Assembly: GCF_018977255.1 (NCBI RefSeq)
Contig: NW_024704742.1
Span: forward strand, 16,804,001-16,868,000
Origin: Callorhinchus milii
Taxonomy: Eukaryota
Direction of reading: 5' to 3'
Length of the DNA: 64,000 bases
This document shows, piece after piece, positions 63,521-64,000 of this stretch. Below the pieces are notes generated by a model, which saw nothing but the letters and a program-made list of their open reading frames with translations, did not search any database and had not been told where the DNA came from. The stretch's first letter is position 1. Every line of letters starts with the position of its first letter. Made by a program: the position numbers and the translations under genes.

Positions 63521-63896
63521 ATGTAGCTCAGTGGTTAAAGTACTCGCCTCAGAAGCGAGACAACCTGGGTTCAATTCCCGGCAGGACGAAACTTAGGACA
63601 AGTTTCCTTACTCCACACACATGGTTCTGTTTACCTAGCAGTAAGTAGGAACCCGGTTGTCAGTCGATTGGAGGATCGCTTTTTCAGGGATAATAATTCC
63701 TTCAAAAAAAATAATAATTTGGTCACTCAATCTACGATTGTTTGTGGGACACTACCTTGTGCAATTGGCTGCTGTGTTTCGCCCACAAAACACATAGTCA
63801 ATTCACTTTACAATATATTCTGTAAAGGCGCTTTGAGACATCTCAAAGACATGATAAGGCGCTCTATCAAATGCGAGGATGAATATTATTATTATT
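63521..63896 (+). mobile_element. tRNA-derived SINE, long form with an extra 65-nt central segment
   Basis: Same head and tail as 11662-11976, plus 63623-63687 (ggttctgtttacctagcagtaagtaggaacccgg...) which is absent from the five short copies. Confidence 0.88.
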
Positions 63897-64000
63897 TCAA
63901 CTCTTAGTCTGGTTTAAATAATCTTAAGCATGGAGATGGATTAGGTATGTTGTAAATTAGAGAGAATTTCAAATGAATGTTTTATACCTTATTAAGGACA

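Noticed and set aside
19631..64000. A second host gene, such as TLL1 3' exons on the minus strand
   Set aside because: No CUB, EGF or other recognisable host peptide among the ORFs. Short exons below the track cut-off and non-coding exons cannot be excluded.

Overview
This is vertebrate genomic DNA, not prokaryotic. It is most likely a cartilaginous fish, inferred from the repeat content (SacSINE1-like DeuSINEs, an LF-SINE, L2 LINEs with (GTT)n tails, shark-type CR1 tails). The first 18.2 kb carry the last five coding exons of a testican gene on the + strand, best matching SPOCK3: 1361-1486, 6172-6393, 11280-11342, 16287-16424 and 18070-18242. All introns are GT-AG and phase 1. The exons encode the EC calcium-binding domain, the thyroglobulin type-1 domain and the acidic Ser-Gly tail. 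A 3' UTR follows, then about 44 kb with no recognisable host exon, packed with 5'-truncated L2 and CR1 LINEs, two SINE families sharing an L2-like tail, an LF-SINE and a small Tc1/mariner-type MITE. Nearly all other ORFs in the track are by-products of these repeats. I found no clear-cut new gene system. The best leads are an unclassified ~220-nt hairpin-forming repeat nested reciprocally with DeuSINEs, a possible N-Tes-like truncated SPOCK3 isoform, a fourfold tandem duplication of a SPOCK3 exon end and splice donor, and a chimeric SINE with long and short forms. Family names come from remembered consensus sequences, not database searches, and repeat boundaries are approximate.
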